The notes under the pieces were generated by a model, which worked only from the letters and a program-made list of their open reading frames with translations, had not been told where the DNA came from and ran no database searches. The position numbers were made by a program, and so were the translations under genes. Shown one piece after another: positions 63,452 through 64,000 of a DNA stretch of 64,000 nt. The stretch is from Catajapyx aquilonaris (Eukaryota). The DNA lies in NCBI GenBank assembly GCA_000934665.2, contig KZ537964.1, positions 1 to 64,000 of the forward strand. The letters are read 5' to 3'. Numbering within the stretch: the stretch's first letter is position 1; every line of letters begins with the position of its first letter.

Positions 63452-64000
63452 CTTTGCCCTCTGTGAGTCATCAGCAGCGTTCAGCAGCGTTCATGTAGCC
63501 TACTGTAGTACCACTTTCCCCATGACCCTGGCAGTGGCAGCAGTGTGGAGAGAGGGACGATGCGCCATCTAGGTGAGGGTTTGGGTATTACGAGGATGAT
63601 ATTGATACACTTTCGTCTCTCCTACTTATGTCTCTCTCTAGACGAGGCTCGTTTGTAGAACCTGCACACTTTGTACAGGATCCATCAGCATGGCCACTAA
63701 TATCCGAGGACCTCCGTCGGAAAGGCATGCACCGTAGAAAGTTGTCCCAGGGGCCGATTACCAGGGAGAGGGGGGCCGAGGCAGGATTTACGAGGCTTGA
63801 AGCAGCAGACAAGCGGTGTTTTCCCGCCCAAAATAGCCTTCTGGGTAGAGTTAGGCCTCGCTGGCTGGCGTCTGTTGATCATCAGCGGATGATGGATTCC
63901 GGCCGGCTAATTGCTCCCGATGAAACACGGATGCCACCCTAAGCAGGTGATAATGGCGCCGGCTGAGGACAGCCCAGCGACAATTTACGTCGGCCCCGGC

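Overview
Eukaryotic genomic DNA, very probably arthropod (inferred from the protein and the SINE type). The only supportable protein-coding gene in 64 kb is a two-exon NET-family zinc-finger gene (noc/elbow, ZNF503/ZNF703-like) on the + strand: coding exon 1 at 20323-20385, intron 20386-22129, exon 2 at 22130-23383, 438 aa in total. The ORF track misses exon 1 and starts the protein at an intronic ATG. The protein has the Sp motif, Btd box, C-X8-C C2H2 finger and C-terminal YYSPYSLYGQRL, but lacks the FKPY Groucho-binding motif, which appears to have decayed to IKSH. The rest is a gene desert containing small non-autonomous elements: Tc1/pogo-type and hAT-type MITEs, foldback elements, one tRNA-derived SINE with a 16-bp TSD, two candidate solo LTRs, ATCGAT-rich arrays, and mini/microsatellites. 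By eye the desert looks modular: AT-rich or repeat-containing islands recur about every 2 kb between unique blocks, and CTCF-like and CAGTGTTGCCAA-like motifs often lie near island edges. That periodicity was not computed and needs testing. No rRNA, bona fide tRNA, CRISPR array or autonomous transposase/RT was seen.
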